A DNA stretch of 64,000 bases from Eledone cirrhosa (taxonomy: Eukaryota). Of this stretch, positions 12,165 to 25,181 are shown one piece after another. The position numbers and the translations under genes were made by a program. Within the stretch, counting starts at the first letter, position 1, and every line of letters starts with the position of its first letter. Under the pieces are notes generated by a model. The model was given only the letters and a program-made list of their open reading frames with translations. It did no database searches and was not told the origin of the DNA. The stretch is taken from contig OZ024742.1 in NCBI GenBank assembly GCA_964016885.1, positions 364,374,001-364,438,000 of the forward strand, written 5' to 3'.

Positions 12165-13530
12165 GAGATTTGTTTATTGAAAAAAAAACAATTTAAATTA
12201 AGATTTAATAAATTTAACCAATTTAAAGTAAGATTTAATACCCACAAACATAGTTTTAAAAATGCCGCATTAGCTAATACAACATCCTTGGCTGAAACAA
12301 TTCATAATTATAGCAAAAAGAATATCGATTACAACCTGACCTGGAGTGTGCTCAAAATAACAGATATGACTGTAGATTATGCTCCCAGGAACTATTTGAA
12401 ATAATGAAATCTAAGGATATCCTATTAAATAAGCGACAAGACTTAATTATATCTTGCAATCATAGAATTAGAAGAACCTTCAGATATTATAAACCTAATT
12501 AATATACACCTTACACTTATATTTTACATATTATTATAATTAGTTTTTTTAATTCAGTTAACATATAATTAGTACTTTACTACAGAGAACTTCATAATTT
12601 TATTTCCCTCTTACAGCTCTCTTTTCCAAAAATTAATACCTAAAAGTATACATATGAATTAATTTAATTTCCTGTTATGAATCTAGAGTCCTTGTTGTTA
12701 ATAAAAGATTGGTATTTCTCACTACTACCCTTATCCCAGAATTTTATTTCCTTCGTTTTTAACAACATTCTTTAATAACATCTAATTCTTATTTATCACA
12801 TCCATATGAATTAATATAAATGTATCCCTATAAGTATACCTATCAATTACTTTAATTTCTTGTTATAGATCTAAATTCCTTGTGGTTTAAATAAGATTGG
12901 TATTTCTCACTAATACCCTTACCCTAAAATTTTACTCTCCTTCGTTTTTAACATTATTCTTTAATAACATCAAATTTTCGTGTACCCTTCACCGGCTTGA
13001 CCACTTTTCATCCCCAAAGTATTCTTTTCATACAAAGTATTCTTTCCATTCAAAACATAAGTCTGCATTCCTCTACCCCTAAATTACATTTCTACTACTA
13101 ATATTCTTTCAACTTGACCTCTTACTACTTTTCTATTTGTCAATTCAAAACCTGTTCCCAAACATATATATATTAAATCTTTGTTGGTTTTTTTTCAATA
13201 AACAAATCTCATCATTTCTGAAGACAGCATATATATGTGAAGGTATGTATATTTCCTCTGATAGTTTATAATATTTTTACATAGATCTATATGATATACA
13301 TACCAACACACGTATATATCCTAGAAACGATCGCAAAATGATGAATTTTTTAATATAAGGAACTTGTTCTTTGTTTTTATTCATTGTTTTTGTTAATTTA
13401 TCTTTACTCTGTTCTCCTATGATTTTCATCGAAAGTTTTTGAACGCATCTTCTCTTTTCATGATATTTGGATTACATTGAGTTCTTCAAACGGATTGGAC
13501 ACTACCGTATATTTTGGTAGATTTATCTAA
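12031..13530 (+). mobile_element. Truncated PLE (family D) with inverted pseudo-LTR
   Basis: 12031-12188 is the reverse complement of ~13189-13342; GIY-YIG C-terminal remnant FKVRFNTHKHSFKN...NLTWSVLK at ~12220-12500. Confidence 0.82.
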
Positions 13531-13761
13531 ATATATATATATATTTATATTGTTATACTTGGGGAGGGTCATATTTGTGTAATAATATTGCCAGAATTAA
13601 TAACAGAACACACTCACTGTTTGGTTGGTTTTGGCTTCAGTGTCTTTTATATCGGTTAATTTAACTTATTCAGTCCTCAATGTTACCATTGACTGACCAA
13701 CGGTCAAAAATACAGATATAATATGGACACCGGAAGATCTAATAAAAACTATATATTTATA

Positions 13762-13818
<57 letters not shown>

Positions 13819-14704
13819 AAGGAAATGTGGTAAGGTACCAGATGGACCATAACACACCAGAGTTCTCAATACTTAGAGTAGTAGAGTGGGAAATAGGAAA
13901 AACTATGATCCTGACGGCAGAGCTCAAGCCGTTTCGACGGCTATTTCTGGACTAAATTAGAATTTTTAGTCTGGTGAATGAATAGCCGAACTTATCAAGG
14001 GGGAACTTCCTTATATGGGAAGATTGTAGTTGTCAAGAGGATTGGTTAACATTTGTTGTAAACACAAATAAGTCTATCATTGCATTTGGTGGGAGGTAGG
14101 GGTGGCTGAACTTGCCTGTAGAACAATAGGGGAGTGAGTGGAGCGGTCACGCGTTGAAAGTGATATGTATACAGCAGATTCTAAGGATAGTGTATGAAGT
14201 GGAGGAGAGAGGTTATAGAATAGGTAAATCGAATGAGAGTAGGAGACAATAACAGATAATAGAAAGAAATAAAAAATATATAAAATTAGATAGTGAGAAA
14301 TTAATTTTAAAAAAAATCACAATGCTATCTTACAATTACAGGTTAATAAGTTGAGAATAGAAAAAATTTGTAGAAATTGAATAGTACCAAAACTGATACA
14401 AAAATAAAAGGGGTTTAACACGTCTGCTTTAAGTAGTTAGTAAAACGTATTCGGCCAATTTTATCTTTAAATTACAGGGGTGGGGGAACTGATGCTATAG
14501 AGGCCCGATGGGCTGCATCGGGGTTGGCGAAAGGGGAAAAGCAGACGAGGAAGAAAATAGGGGGTGGAAGGAAGTGATAGGATGAGACAGGAGGAAGAAG
14601 AAGACAATGAGGAAAAGAAAAGAGATACATCTACCTATGTAAGCTGGGGTTTCCCCTAACTTATCCGGAAAGTGGCGGGGTGGAGCGGGTATCAGCCCTT
14701 GTCT

Positions 14705-16858
14705 ACCCACCCGGTTCGTTATGGGGCTTGAGGGCGAGGTAAGTCCTAAGCAATCTGTGTTTGCATGCGGTTACCAGTTCGTCTTTCTTGTTTAGGAGTT
14801 GATCCTTCGAAAACAACATTTGTAATGTTTCCTCCGAGCATAAGTTACACGGACGGCGTCCTCCCGTGTAAGAGTTAGCTCTGGACAGTAAGCTCCAAGT
14901 GAGATTGTAGGTTATATTATTATCTTGGAGGTCCCAGATGTGGCCCGAAAGTGTAGTGGCATGTCGCCGGACCGGGTTTCGGAAAGTATGTCAGTGTTGG
15001 TAGAGCCGGGTCTTGAAGTCACACGCGGTTAATCCTATATTAGCTTTGTTGGAGGTGTCCGACCTCACGTTGCACTGGCAGATCACGTTACATTCTCGGC
15101 ATTTGTTGTTGAGAGGGCACGTAGTTCTATCAGGGCAGTTACACCTCCTGGTCGGCTCTTCATTGATGTCTAGGTTATTTCTTCCATAGGGGTTGATTTT
15201 TGTTGTTGTTTGAGGAGACGATGTATTGTGCGAAGATAGGTGTGGTGCTGTAGGAGAGTTTGATGGTGTTTTTGTTGATTATGTTGTGGTAGCGGTGTTG
15301 TAGTGGGAAGTATTTTTCGAGGAGTCTAAAGAAGATTTTCCCGATAGGTGTTGCCACCTCGGCATTATGGGGAGGATTGAACCACGCTACGTTGCGTGAG
15401 CGGCGGTGTCGCCTGCTGGTTCCGCTAAGGAAAGCTGGATAAAAGGATATTTCCTCCCGGAAACCACTCCGCTTGAGGTCCTGGTTGTAATGAGGCGCGT
15501 ATTCGTCGAATATCTGCTAATTAGCGGAAAAACGAGATATGCGGAGAGAGATGCTTTTAACCAGGTTATTGGTGATGTTTCTAGGATGGGTAGAGCGGCG
15601 GTGGATTTCGTGCAGGTTGTCGTTTGGTTTTCTGTATGGATAGTACAGATCATTTTCGAGGTTAAGGGTAACGTCCAGGAAATTGACTCGGGTTAAGGAC
15701 GTTTGTAGTGTGATTTTAAATCCCCAGTCCCGGAAGAAGTTGATTAGTTGTTTACGGACCCAGTCTGGACTACTGGGGTTGTACCTTTTGAGGGTGAGGA
15801 GCCCTTCGTCCCGGTACAATCCACCGCCGAATGCAGGAAACATTTCAGTGAGTTTAAATAGTTTGGAATAATCCTATAAGATCTGTGACCTTGGCTGAAT
15901 CCGTCGCGCCATACTGACATCGAAGGGGGAGTCAGGAGCTCTCTTTATCCACTTGGAGTTGTCGAAAAGTAGGACTGTCTTCCTGGCGTGGAGAATGATA
16001 TTACTTTCCTGTTCAGTGCTGGGTGTAAGTGTTTCGGCAAAGTCCAAGGCGGCCGTAAGGAGCGGTAAGGTAATAGATGCATAGTAACTCTCTATGTCAA
16101 ACTGGATGAATTTTGTGTCTCGTTTGTTCTCCATATTCCTGAACCATGAGATTACTTCCTGGGTGCTGACCCATAGGCTAAGTCTCACGTTTTGCTTATC
16201 TTTTGGTATAACTTGGTTTAGGATCTTTTTACTGATTCTCCCTATGCCCGATTTCGTTGGGTTTATAAGCCTAATGGATGGTTTGCGGTCGAAGTCGGAT
16301 TTGTGGTCCTTCAGTGTGAAGTAGGGAATCCGTGGGTCTAGGGGTTCAGTGCGGTCGGCGACCCCGAGGCTGGAGGTAATTTGTTGTCCATCTCGATTTA
16401 TGTCGTCGATAATTGAATGGTTAGCCTTTTTATAGGTGGGGTTTAGGCAGCTCCTGATCAGTGTGTGGTATCTGTCAGGGCTGATGAAGTAGAGGTTTCC
16501 AGTTTTGTCCGAGTGCACCAAGATGTCGTTGGTGTTTTCATACTCTGTTATTTTGCTACGGGGTTGTTTAGGAATCTGTTGTGTCTGGGTTTGAATTTAA
16601 TGCTCTTGACCAAGTGGAAAAGGTCGTTCTCGAAGGGTGAGAGCATAAGGTTCGGAGGGGGAGATTTGTAGGTATTGAATCCGAATCTCTCCTTGGCGTC
16701 GAAGTCTTGATTTTCGCGGTATCTATCGTAGAATAAAATTCTCCATCTTTGTCTTTTCGCAAAAAGGTCGATTTTTTACGTGAGTATCCCGAAGGTAAAG
16801 TTTTCTCGGTGGAACTGGGCTGTTCTTGGTGGAGAAGTCGATGTTGTGTTTTCGCATC
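14705..16858 (-). pseudogene. PLE RT plus GIY-YIG polyprotein, frameshifted
   Basis: Starts MRKHNIDFSTKN; contains SDKTGNLY, FIQFDIESYYASI, GLYRDE, VNFLDVTL, WFNPP, CNCPDRTTCPL and CNLC motifs. Confidence 0.9.
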
Positions 16859-17042
16859 GTGCGGGTGAAGAAACTTGAGCTGGGTGGAAATGTCGGGATA
16901 TGGCGTGGTAGAGTCGGAAAGTGCTCTACTACAGAGATAGGAGATAAATAACAAAGGAAATCTGGTAATGCACCAGATGGACCATAAGGCACCAGAGTAC
17001 TCAATACTTAGAGTAGTAGAGTGGGAAATAGGAAAAAAGTAT

Positions 17043-17140
17043 GACACCGACGGCAGAGATTGAGCCGTTTCGACGGCTATTTCTGGACTAAATTAGATCT
17101 TTAGCCTGGTGAATAAGTAGCCGAACTTATCAAGGGGGTA
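17043..17140 (-). ncRNA. Type I hammerhead motif with U3-A8 core (family B)
   Basis: Minus strand: CCCC-TTGATAA-G ttCGGCTA...TAGCCGt C-GAAAC GGC...GCC GTC-GG(G/T)G; second copy at ~13908-14003. Confidence 0.7.
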
Positions 17141-18174
17141 CTTCCTTATATGGGAAGATTGTAGTTGTCAAGAGGATTGGTTAACTTTTGTTGTAAACAC
17201 AAATAAGTCTATCATGGCATTTGGTGGGAGGTAGGATGGCTGAACTTGCCTGTAGAATAATAGGGGAGTGAGTGGAGCGGTTAGGCGTTTACAGTGATAT
17301 GTATACAACAGATTCTAAGGATAGTGTATGCAGTGGAGGAGGAAGGTTATAGAATAGGTAAATCGAATGAGAGTAGGAGACAATAAAAGATAATAGAAAG
17401 AATAATAATATAACCTACAATCTCACTTGGAGCTTTCTGTCCAGAGCTAACTCTTACACGGGAGGACGCCGTCCGTGTAACTTAAGCTCGGAGGAAACAT
17501 TACAAATGTTGTTTTCGAATGACCAACTCCTAAACAAGGGAGACGAACTGGTAACCGCATGTAAACACAGATTGCGTAGGACTTACCTCACCCTCAAACC
17601 CCATAACGAACCGGGTGGGCAGACAAGGGCTGATACCCGATCCACCCCGCCACTTTCCGAATAAGTTAGGGGAAACCCCAGCTTACATAGGTAGATGTAT
17701 CTCTTTTCTTTTATTTCCCGCATTGTCTTCTTCCCCCTGTCTCATCCTATCACTTCCTTCCACCCCCTATTTTCTTCCTCGTCTGCTTTTCCCCTTTCGC
17801 CTACCACGAGCAGCCCATCGGGCCTCTGTAGCATCAGTTCCCCCACCCCTGTAATTTTAAGATAGAATTGGCCGAATACGTTTTACTAACTACTTATAGC
17901 AGACGTGTTAAACCCCATTTATTTTTGTATCAGTTTTGGTACTACTCAATTTCTACAAGTTTTTTCTCTTCTCAAATTATTAACATGTATTTGTAAGATA
18001 GCATTGTGATTTTTTTTAACATTCATTTCTCACTATCTAATTTTATATACTTTTTAATTTATTTCTATATATCTTTTATTGTTTCCTACTCTCATTCGAT
18101 TTACCGATTCTATAACCTCTCTCCTCCACTTCATACACTATCCTTAGATATATATACACACACACACACAAACC

Positions 18175-18230
<56 letters not shown>

Positions 18231-18232
<2 letters not shown>

Positions 18233-18685
18233 AAGAAGTTATAGTTCACTTGAAGCATTGTGTAATGAGGTATAAACGTTTGTATATGTATAATAAAGCC
18301 AAAACAATGCAGGTATGGACATAGAATAGAGAATGCAAATGCAAAAGATATTGTTGACAATTAGTGTTTTACCTTAGATTTATTTAAATGTCCTTAATTT
18401 TCGAGATAATATCTCTTTTTTCTCTTCTTCGGAGGTAAGTAAAGCGGTTAAACCAGTGTTCTAAATAGCTTGCCAAGTCATGCTATTTAGAACAAGCTAT
18501 TTAGAAGACTGGTTTAACCGCTTTACTTCCCTCGGAAGAAGAGATATTACCTCGAAAATTAAGGACATTTAAATAAATTTAAGGTAAAAAACTAATTGTC
18601 AACAATATCTTTTGCATTTGCATTCTTTATTCTATGTCCATACCTGTATTGTTTTGGCTTTATTATACATATACAAACGTTTATA
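18231..18685. mobile_element. Fold-back palindromic insert in (TA)n
   Basis: Arms ~18271-18472 and ~18493-18685; the left arm has a ~40 nt extension; contains a weak HHR-like CNGAAGA...GAAA. Confidence 0.85.
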
Positions 18686-18701
18686 TATATGTTTATATAA
18701 A

Positions 18702-18754
<53 letters not shown>

Positions 18755-18932
18755 TTTTTTCCGTTGTGTTGTAATATAAATATTACACACAGTAGATTAT
18801 CAGCTCACGTAGAGTTTGCTCGACGGTTCCAGTTGTAGTTCCAAAAGTAATCCGGAGAAAAATGGTTATGTAACTGTTATAGAAACACGTGTCAATAAAT
18901 TCCTTTCAACTAAACTGTATCCATTCAAATCT

Positions 18933-19012
<80 letters not shown>

Positions 19013-19032
19013 ACATATATATATATATATAT

Positions 19033-19430
19033 AAAAGAAAACTTTTGCTCTACATGGCTGAATACATTAAATGTATTCTGAGTTTTTCGAATATTGATAA
19101 TAACATTCGATTCGTTTGCAATTATGCAAACAAGCCTCAATCTTGAAGCCATGTCAATAGAATGAACCCTTCATTCTTGCTCCTGTGTTGGCATGTGAAC
19201 AGAACTGCAGACACTAATGTTTCTGGGTATCACTCTTCATCAGTACAGACAACTGTTCACCTGCCAAACTGTCAGAGCTAGTGAAAATATATGCTATTTT
19301 CTAAAATAGACAGTGACGCATCGGCCTGATTTGCATATTCTACTCACATGGCTATAAAATTGGGGCTTGTTTGGATAATTGCAAACGAATCGAATGTTAT
19401 TATTAATATTCGAAAAACTCAGATTACATT

Positions 19431-19435
<5 letters not shown>
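19033..19435 (-). mobile_element. Short PLE-end element (family E) with terminal inverted arm
   Basis: ~19068-19154 is inverted at ~19346-19433; related copies at 25807-25985, 20385-20440 and ~28970-29000. Confidence 0.8.
19205..19248 (-). ncRNA. Type I hammerhead motif (family E)
   Basis: CTGTA-CTGATGA-agagtgataccca-GAAAC ATTAGT GTC-TGCAG; stem II is weak. Copy at 25807-25847 (+). Confidence 0.65.
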
Positions 19436-19466
<31 letters not shown>

Positions 19467-19711
19467 ACAATTAAGATAAATTAAATGAATTCAATTTAAA
19501 TCGAAATTGTGGGTGTCACGCCTTAACGGTGTGCGCCATATCGCCCGGAAAATAACCTCAAAGACTTTGTAGGTGCGAGCATTTAATAACTAGAAATTGA
19601 TAACATATATATAAAAAAAATATTTTGGATATAGATATATAAATACGGCTCCTTAATTGTAGAGCTAACTCTGTTGAAGGGAATTGACTGCTATTTCTAG
19701 TTGTCGAATAC

Positions 19712-20335
19712 CATTCTTTTCGTTACCCTCTAAGAAGGAATATGATGTCACTTTCAGCTTATATCTGGAGTCTAAAAGACAACCACACCCAATATAAGTT
19801 ACACTGGGAGATCCTAGCTAGGGCTAGATCGTATAACGGAAATAAAAGACCATGTGACCTCTGCGCCGCTGAGGCCCTGGAAATACTCTACGCCACAGAC
19901 CACATCTTAAACAAAAAATCTGAGGCAATTTCGGCTTGTAAACATAAATTGCACAAAACTTTCCTGTATTACAGCCCCACGTTATACCCTAACGGATAGT
20001 ACCATCTATACGTGGATATTTTACGTCTTGATGTGGGAGCTAAGTATATGTTTTGTTTATACTATTACTTATTTGCATAGCGAACGTTTCCACGAACCAA
20101 AGTATCGTCTTCCTGTCTTCCTCCAGTTGCAACGTTTTTTGAAATATCCACTTCTGCGTTTACAGATTGACTTTGTTAGTTTCAGAAGATCCCGTTAAGG
20201 GTGAAAGCAGCGATTCTTTGCTTAAACTTTAATCTGTTATTTTAATAAATATTTGCTCTACGGTTCTTATATATTTGATATATATTTATCCTTATCGAGC
20301 CCTCTTTGGATTTTAGTCTTCAAATTTATAATTAT

Positions 20336-20338
<3 letters not shown>
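19712..20338 (+). mobile_element. Second family P1 PLE fragment with an internal deletion
   Basis: 19712-20080 matches 1971-2339, then jumps to the equivalent of ~3088; carries the complete 3' end before (TA)n. Confidence 0.9.
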
Positions 20339-20384
<46 letters not shown>

Positions 20385-20792
20385 ATACATGTAATTTGAG
20401 TTTTTCGAATATTAATAATAACATTCGATTCGTTTGCAATGTATATATATATATTTCGTTTGGGGGTGCATGGATTATTACGCGTCTGTATATATGTATG
20501 TGTAGATATGTGTCCTTAGATGATCTACGTGAGTTCAGTTACACTGCTGCAGGTGGAGAGGTTCATTTACCTACGAGGATTTTGCAGGTGTGTGAGGAGA
20601 CACAAGTGTGAATTAAATGAATTGCTGGAGATTGTGCAGTAATGAGCCAGTTTCGGCAGTCGGACTTGCTGCCTTCAGTGTTTGTACCTACAGTTACCTA
20701 TGGCCAAGGATTCCGCTAATAACAGAACGAACACGACAGTGAGTACAAGGGACTGAAATGAGGTGTCTTCAAAGGGTCTGTGGACTAACGTT

Positions 20793-21061
20793 AGAAGAAG
20801 AAGAAGAAGTAAGAAGAAGAAGAAGAGGAAGCTGAAGAAGAAGAAGAAGAAGAAGAAGAAGAAGAAGAAGAAGAAGAAGAAGAAGAAGAAGAAGAAGAAG
20901 AAGAAGAAGAAGAAGAAGAAGAAGAAGAAGAAGAAGAAGAAGAAGAAGAAGAAGAAGAAGAAGAAGAAGAAGAAGAAGAAGAAGAAGAAGAAGAAGAAGA
21001 AGAAGAAGAAGAAGAAGACGACGACGACGAAGACGAAGACGAAGACGACGACGACGACGAC
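20793..21061. repeat. (GAA)n then (GAC)n microsatellite
   Basis: Directly visible; the poly-K and poly-S ORFs are artefacts. Confidence 0.97.
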
Positions 21062-21609
21062 AAATGTTTATGCTATTTACTTTTATTTATTGAAAGTGTT
21101 ATAATTATAATTATAAAAGATAAATCATAATTACTGTGAGGATAAAATATAATTATTCGACAGTTATTCCTTCCCTCCCTCTCAACACGAACCTAATTAT
21201 CTTTAGACATTCATCCTTTCTTTCTTCTTCTCTGCAGTTTTCAAGACTCTTCTATTATTTTGTAATCTCAGAATTGAAATATTTCTAAATAATTTTTAAT
21301 GAGAAATACAAATTAATAAATACATATACATCTTGAAACCGTAGCAACGTTCATCCGCACACTCACAGCACACGCACACACACACACAGCACACGCACAC
21401 ATACCACAAACACACATAAACACAAAACACTCCACCCGCTCACTATATGCACACACTCCACACCCACACATACGTCACTCTCTATATATATGAGTGTGTG
21501 TGTGTGTGTGGTGACTGAAAGTGGGAGAGAGAGAGAGATAGTTGGGTAGGGATATAATATTTATAGAATTGATATGTATTCATGTATATATAAATGTAAA
21601 TATATATAA

Positions 21610-23352
21610 GGCATGCTGATCCTACGGAGGAGAGGAAGGAGTATGTGGATGTGAAGAAGGAAGAGCTCTGTACCACTTACACCGAGACCAGAGAGATAGT
21701 GCTGAGGGAGAGGGTCAGGGGTGTGGCGAGAGCGGTTGACAGGTGTAGGTGTAAAGAGAACTGGATGATAATCAACGAGATTACAGGGAAGAAGAGAGGG
21801 AGTTCGAGTCAGATTCGGGGAAGAGGGCCCAAGGATAAGAAGAGGATGTGGCTGGACCATTTTAAGACCCGAGAGCCGCTCTCCAGAACACTGGGGAGAT
21901 CAGACAGCTGTTTGAGGAACTGGATATTGAGCCAGGCCCCTTCGCCAGAGAGGAGCCTCGGAGAGCCAAGGAGAAGATCAAGGAAGGCAAGGCCGAAGTG
22001 GCATCAGAGGTGATGAAGTGATGTGATTTTGATTATATCATTCTGGATCTCGATAACCAGGCACTAGAGAAAGGAGGTCCCCCTGATCAGGGAAGGATTT
22101 CTAACACCGTCCTAGAACAAAAGAAGGGAGATCTCCTTAACACCAACAACTATAGGGGATCTCACTGACGTCATTTGTGACATACATCCTCCCAGGATGG
22201 TTCTTAAGAGGATCCAGCCCGAGATGGAGAATCAGGACGGCTTCAGAGAGGGAAGATCATACCAGCCATATCCTGATACTGAGGAAAATTTCAGAGGGGG
22301 CTAGAGCAAAGACACTTCCTGCTGTCATGGTTTTCATTGACTTCAGGAAGGCATTTGATTCTGTGGACCGTCATTGCCTGGTGAAGATCTTACAGGCTTA
22401 TGGAATCCCCAAGAAGATAGTGGACCTGATATCACTGCTCTACACCAACAGCAGAACCCAAGTCATTACACCTTATGGGGTGACAGAGTTATTTGAGATA
22501 CTGGCTGGAGTGTTCCAGTGTGATATATTGGCTGCCTACCTTTTTATCATTGCAAGGGACTGTAGTATGGGCTGTGTGCTGGAGAAACACCAGGACTGGG
22601 GCTTTACTGTAGCACCGGAGCAGAGCAGGAAAATTAAGGCTAAAAACATATCAGATTCTGAATTTACTGACGACTTAGTTCTGGTGACAAACACAGTGAA
22701 GGAGGCAGAGGAGATGTTGTGAGATGTGGAGACTGTGTCGATGAGTGTGGGACTGAGAATGAATGAGAGTAAGACGAATATCTGGTAGAGAACATCAAGG
22801 AACCAGAGAAGATCATGAATGTGGGAGGGAAACCACTAGAGCTGATTGAGGACTTCCTGCACCAATGAGAAAATATTGTGAACACAGATGATGTGTAAAG
22901 ACCTGAAGATCCGTCTCTTTGTCGCTACAGTGGAGTCTGTACTGCTGTACGGGTCTGAGACTTGGACACTGAGCAAGAGACTCACTCAAATTGTGGATGG
23001 GTGCTACAGGGGGATGCCGAGGTTGGCTCTGAACATTAATCAGTATACACTGAGGATGAAGAACACAGAGCTGTATTGGAGACTCCCAAATGTCAGCTCA
23101 AAAGTGACACTGAAGAGATTAAGGTTAACTGGACATGCTCACCGACATTCAGAGTTGACGCTACATTCAATCTTTCCGTGGGAGCCCTTATATAGACACA
23201 CTGGAAGAGGGATCCGAGGTTTATATATGTTGATGCTCTAAGGACAGACACTGGTCTCTAGGAGAGGCGGGACATAGTGGCAATGATGAAGGACAGAGAC
23301 CGCTGGCAGGGAACTCGTCCATGGGTCTCGGGATTTTACCCGCCCTAGATTC
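21610..23352 (+). mobile_element. Decayed LINE (RTE-group-like) RT region
   Basis: FIDFRKAFDSVDR, GVFQCDILAAYLF, EFTDDLVL, LLYGSETWTL...DGCY; multiple frameshifts and stops. Confidence 0.88.
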
Positions 23353-23404
23353 ATACACACACACACACACACACACATACATATATATATATATGTATAT
23401 ATAT

Positions 23405-23597
23405 AGGAACAAGTATGACCTCGACGGCAGCGCTCAATCCGTTTCGACGGCTATTTCTGAGTCCAGAAATAGCCGACGAAACGTCTTGAGCTATGCCGTT
23501 TGGGTCATACTTGTTCCTATTTCCCACTCTACTACCCTAAGTATTGAGTACACTGGTGCGTTATGGTCCATCTGGTTCCTTACCACAATTCCTTTGT

Positions 23598-23600
<3 letters not shown>
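23405..23600 (+). mobile_element. ~195 bp hairpin derivative of family B
   Basis: Palindrome centred at ~23461 (ttctgagtccagaa); (TA)n on both sides. Confidence 0.87.
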
Positions 23601-23629
<29 letters not shown>

Positions 23630-23632
<3 letters not shown>

Positions 23633-24490
23633 TCAGGTTTGAGGTTCACCACTGTATAGAGCTGGTCTATTCCGTATGGTCAATCGTAATGCAATAATAT
23701 AGAGAGTACTCAACGTAAAGCAGTTCAACCGTCTTTGTTTTTGTAGTTGGTGGTGCTATTACGGAGTTAAATATTATAATGAAATGACAGGAGGCTGGAT
23801 TTGTGTAAATCCTTGAAAGGTTTATTATACTATGATCATTTCAATGACCGGGTTCCGTATGAATCCGGTGATATCATCAGGTATTCGAAATATAATACGT
23901 GAATGTAATAGGTAAAATCCATGGGGCTGAAAATCGAGACCCGAGGGCGACTGCTATTCTGTTCCTTCAACCTCAGCCGGTCGCCCTGGAGTGACGTGGC
24001 TAAATTTTATAGTATGCTACTACCGGTCAGATGAACGAAAACAGAAAGAGATGGGAGCATAGGTTAACGTCGATCCCATGACACAAGGTAAAAGAAAGAA
24101 AGAAAGGAAGGAGAAGAAGGGGGAAGAAAGAAGAAGAGAAGTCAGGGTTAATGTCAGCTAAAAGAGGAAGGTAACTACTACTGGTCAGATATAGGCAAGC
24201 AAGAGGGGGAAGGAAGATAAGTCTGCGGGAGTGGGAGAGGAGAGAAGGAAGGGAAGAGAGAAGTAGAAAAGTAAGGGTTGATGGCTACAAGAAGGAAGAT
24301 AGAAAGGAAGAGGAAGAAAGGTCGATATTAATGTCAGACCACAGTCAAGCCAGGAGTGGCGCGAGAAAATTTTCACAGGGACCCGCATCTTAGCGGAGAT
24401 GAATATATTGGGAGTCAGTGTTTTACAGTGTTTAGACTTCTAGGATGAAGTTAAAAAAATTAATAATCAATATTCAATATTAAAGAGGTT
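23630..24490 (-). mobile_element. Non-coding PLE-type 3' end with HHR
   Basis: HHR plus AATAAA ~200 nt from a (TA)n terminus; pyrimidine-rich upstream region on the minus strand. Confidence 0.55.
23827..23884 (-). ncRNA. Minimal type I hammerhead motif
   Basis: ATAC-CTGATGA-(ACCGG..CCGGT stem II)-GAAAT GATC ATA-GTAT, immediately followed by AATAAA. Confidence 0.75.
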
Positions 24491-24491
24491 A

Positions 24492-24529
<38 letters not shown>

Positions 24530-24757
24530 GTAGATATTTAACCACGGCGCTGTACTGAAAAGGCTTGCCAATCAGAAGCCCAAAACCACCAGACGTTGCA
24601 GTCATGTTCATATCTTCCTCTACACCCACACTGCTTCCTCCTTCCTCCCCTACATAGAGTGATCCCCAGAATAACGGATCCGCGTTCTCAGTCAATACAC
24701 ACGTGTACTTACCCCCCTATTTCTCCTTTTTCTACCCTCTCCTTTCTCTTCACACTA

Positions 24758-24815
24758 TCGTCTGGTGAAGGACTAGCGTCCGAAAAGTTAATCGCCTTTT
24801 CCTGCTACTTCAAGA
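24758..24815 (+). ncRNA. Degenerate hammerhead motif
   Basis: CTGGTGA (A6G)-aGGAC tagc GTCC-GAAA AGT...ACT TC-AAGA. Confidence 0.5.
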
Positions 24816-25136
24816 GGTAAACTATTATATCTCTTCAATGAACCGTGTAATTTGCTTTGTTGTTTCTGTTTAGCTTTTACACACACACACATATTTACTA
24901 TATATATATATATATATATAAATATATATATAGTATTAAGGATACTATTTATGGTTATGTATATACAAAAACTTTTTATAGTTATATATATTTTAAACCC
25001 TAAACAGTGAAAGACAGTAATTTATTACTACCTTATTACCAGTAGGATAAATAACTCAATGTAATAACATCAGTTGTTCTACAGAGCAGTTATATAGAAT
25101 TCACATGAATCAAAGTTCTGTTCAAACCATTTATTA

Positions 25137-25181
25137 ACTTACAATTGTTTCATCCAAACCGAGGTTTGGTGTCTTCGGAGC
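25137..25181 (-). ncRNA. Minimal type I hammerhead motif, C4 variant
   Basis: GCT-CCGAAGA-caCCAAAC ctcg GTTTGGat-GAAAC AATT GTA-AGT then AATAAA. A partial copy lies at 38925-38990 within (TA)n. Confidence 0.7.

Larger units (their letters stand above)
13816..18148 (-). mobile_element. Near full-length Penelope-like element (Naiad-like, family B) with tandem pLTRs and an inverted segment
   Basis: Direct repeat 13816-~14270 vs ~16946-17403; broken RT-EN ORF between them; ~17405-18148 is the reverse complement of ~14179-14920; flanked by (TA)n. Confidence 0.93.

Noticed and set aside
14991-14993. In-frame TGA in a Naiad-like endonuclease as possible selenocysteine
   Set aside because: The position aligns to R/T/L in sibling elements, not Cys; CGA>TGA decay is the simpler explanation.
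20763-21104. Poly-Lys and poly-Ser ORFs
   Set aside because: Products of the (GAA)n microsatellite.
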